From Eledone cirrhosa (Eukaryota): a stretch of DNA of 64,000 bases. This document shows, piece after piece, positions 61,368 to 64,000 of this stretch (position 1 is the stretch's first letter; the number at the start of each line of letters is the position of its first letter). The stretch spans positions 371,938,001 to 372,002,000 of the forward strand of contig OZ024743.1 of assembly GCA_964016885.1 (NCBI GenBank), read 5' to 3'. The notes under the pieces were generated by a model. That model made no database searches, was not told where the DNA came from, and saw only the letters and a list, made by a program, of their open reading frames with translations. Made by a program: the position numbers and the translations under genes.

Positions 61368-64000
61368 TCTCTATATGTATAAAACGGTAGATGTCTGTCT
61401 GTGTGTGTGTATGATTTTTATGCATTTCCACATTTCTCTACCGATTTTGATGATTTTTTTCCCAATGTGCTCCAAATTTACCAGGGCAGGTCAACGCGTA
61501 ATTACTTTTACCAAAAATTTCCTGCTTCTATGAAAAAAAAATCGATAAAACTAAATACATGCTGTAACTCTCTCTGTTACATGCTTCATTCCTCTCACTA
61601 CCCTCAATCTCCTTCGCAACACTCTTTAAAAGGTTACTGCCTCTGTCTCCATTACAGTTTAGAACAACGACAAATCTTCTCTCTCTATAATAGATCATTC
61701 ACCCTCTTCGTTCGTCATACATCAAATATCAAAATTTAAAAAGCTGATAACACTAAATACATACTGCTCTCTCAACGTTACATTTTACATCAAATAGCAA
61801 ATATTCAAAAGCAACAGATGAATTTATAAAACAACAAATGTAACAATAACGACGCTTAAGTGTTCATTTACTTGAATCTCAACAAAGACATTATATTTTA
61901 TTGTTGTCCTTTTTGTAATTTTTCTTTCTTTGTTTTTCTCAATATGAGTCAAAAAATTAATGAGAAAACTTTTTTAACGAACGTCCGATTTCGATGATTT
62001 ATTTTCCAGTGTGCTCCAAAGTAACGCCCTGATTACGCTCTTTTGTGCTATAACTCAGACAGGCTTGGCTTACAGGTTTGACCTATTATTTGACGTGCAT
62101 TCTTCATAGATCTTACTTAGTACTCACTTTCCACTTACTCACCGTTCAATTGAAAGTTTTGGCTACTCCCCCTTTCATGCTCCATTACCTGCATAAATAT
62201 TTACGTGTTCAGTCCTGCTACAATATAGTACTCACTTTAAACTAATTCAAAGTTCATTTGAAAATTTTCGCTACCAAACACATTCTTTGAATCTACGGTC
62301 ATGCCACCCCAAAAAGACCACGACTAAGTCGCCAAACTAAAGCTGCTTCTGCTGCCAAACGAAGAAGAGCTACAGAGTTGTCCGTAGAAAAATTGACTCG
62401 GTTGTCACAAAATGCAACTCGAAATGCAATTACCCGGGCAACCGAGACAGAAAATAAAGAGGAGCAACCACCTTTCTGGAAATGCATTTGTAACTGCAGT
62501 TGCACGTACAGCGCAAACTGATGAACAACATTCTCGATGACGAAGCAAAAATGCGGCCTCCACCGCTGCGGCACGTGACGGTGAGGACGAAGATCACCGT
62601 TACAGACGACGACGAAGAGATGCCGCCTCAACTGCTGCGTCACGTACTGCCGAGGACGAAGGACAGCGTTCCAGACATCAACGTACGGACGCCGCTTCAA
62701 CAGCTTCCGTTCACGCATCAGAGACTGCGCAAATTCAATTAGAAAGGCTAAACGCCAACACACTCCACAGGAGTGCTAAACGTGGTACAGAGATGATCAG
62801 TTGTACTCGGTGGTCCCATAAGGCTTTCCACTATGACCCAACAGTAAACTATGCACTGATGTCAGAAGTTCAGATTGGATCCATGTCTGTCATTTGCCAA
62901 TATTGTCGGGCAAAAAAATGGCCTGGGGAGACTTCAGGGATGTGCTGCTCTGACGGCAAAGTGAAACTGCCTCCTCTACAGGAACCACTACAACCTTTGA
63001 AGTCTCTACTGACCGGTGCCACGGCGGAGTCGGAACACTTCCTTCAATGTTCCAGGAGATACAACGCTGCCTTCCAAATGACCTCTTTCGGAGCTAACAT
63101 CATAAGGGAGGACAGCTTCATGCCTACCTTTAAAGTTCAAGGACAAATTTACCACAGAATCGGTTCGCTACTGCCCACAACAGACGGACAGCCCCATTTC
63201 CTACAGCTATACTTTGTCACTGACTATTTGAACCAAGCGGAACGACGCGCTTCAATTTCGCCTGGCACAGAGATGAAAATTCTGTTGGAACTTCAGAGAA
63301 TGCTGCACGAAAACAACAACTACACTCGCAGTTTCAAATGCGCATTGGAGGCTGCTCCGTTGCCAAATTTTGCTGTTATAATCGACGCTGACAGGAAACA
63401 ACCAGGCACCCACGCCAGACGTTTTAACACTCCCACGTGCAATGAAATAGCTGTGCTTCTTCATGGAAAACAGTACAACAAGCGGGACATCATACTTCAG
63501 TGTAAGGACAATAGTCTGCAACGGATCAGCGAGACGCATAGGTCCTATGACGCATTCCAATATCCCTTACTTTTCCCATTCGGTGACGACGGATACCACT
63601 TTGGAATTCCTTTGTGCAACAGCAACAAAACTGTTTCCTGTATGCAATTCTACGCCTACCGATTCATGGTCCGCGAATGCTGCTTTAACCAACTCCACCG
63701 TGCAAGAGTACTCTTCAACCAACTTACTGTAGACGCGTGCGCAAAGATGGAATCTGAAAGGCTGTGCTACATAAGGAACAATCAAGCACGCCTTCGTTCG
63801 GACAGCTACATTCACTTACGGGATGGAGTAAGGAATGGCGTCGATCCCGAGAACCTTGGAAAACATTGTATCCTTCCCTCGACCTTCATTGGGAATCCTC
63901 GATACATGAGTGAACGCACACAGGATGCTATGACGTACGTGCGTCTCTACGGCAGACCAGATCTCTTCATCACTTCAACATGCAACCCTAAGGGGAATGA
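61368..64000 (+). mobile_element. Helitron, 5' part with RepHel N-terminus (frameshifted), running off the window
   Basis: A|TCTCTATATGTATAAAA start; from about 62320 MPPQKRPR..., CQYCRAKKWPGETSGMCC, YNAAFQMTSFGA, QGQIYHRIGSL, YDAFQYPLLF, ILPSTFIGNPRYM, GRPDLFITSTCNP. Confidence 0.9.

Overview
AT-rich, intron-rich eukaryotic DNA. The SINE, RTE, Helitron and (TA)n landscape looks like a mollusc, most likely an octopus (inference). One host gene runs on the minus strand across most of the window. Nine GT-AG exons (54321 down to the stop at 4323) splice in phase into the C-terminal half of an NRPS-type thioester-reductase (R) domain fused to a classical SDR domain, the R-R end of fungal ATRR glycine-betaine reductase. 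Its 5' part is not seen and probably lies beyond base 64000. The introns are packed with transposons: a young, compact 4.2-kb LTR retroelement plus two decayed relatives, a conventional Gypsy split by a 3.7-kb inversion, several RTE-clade LINEs with an internal PHD-like finger, autonomous-type and non-autonomous Helitrons, SINEs, minisatellites and palindromes. The most unusual signal is in the compact LTR family: it has no canonical TGG primer-binding site. The 12 nt next to the 5' LTR are instead complementary to the 5' END of tRNA-Phe, the motif is recognisable in all three copies, and the RT/RNase H motifs look DIRS-like although the element has LTRs and a DDE integrase. All identifications come from reading motifs by eye; no searches were run.
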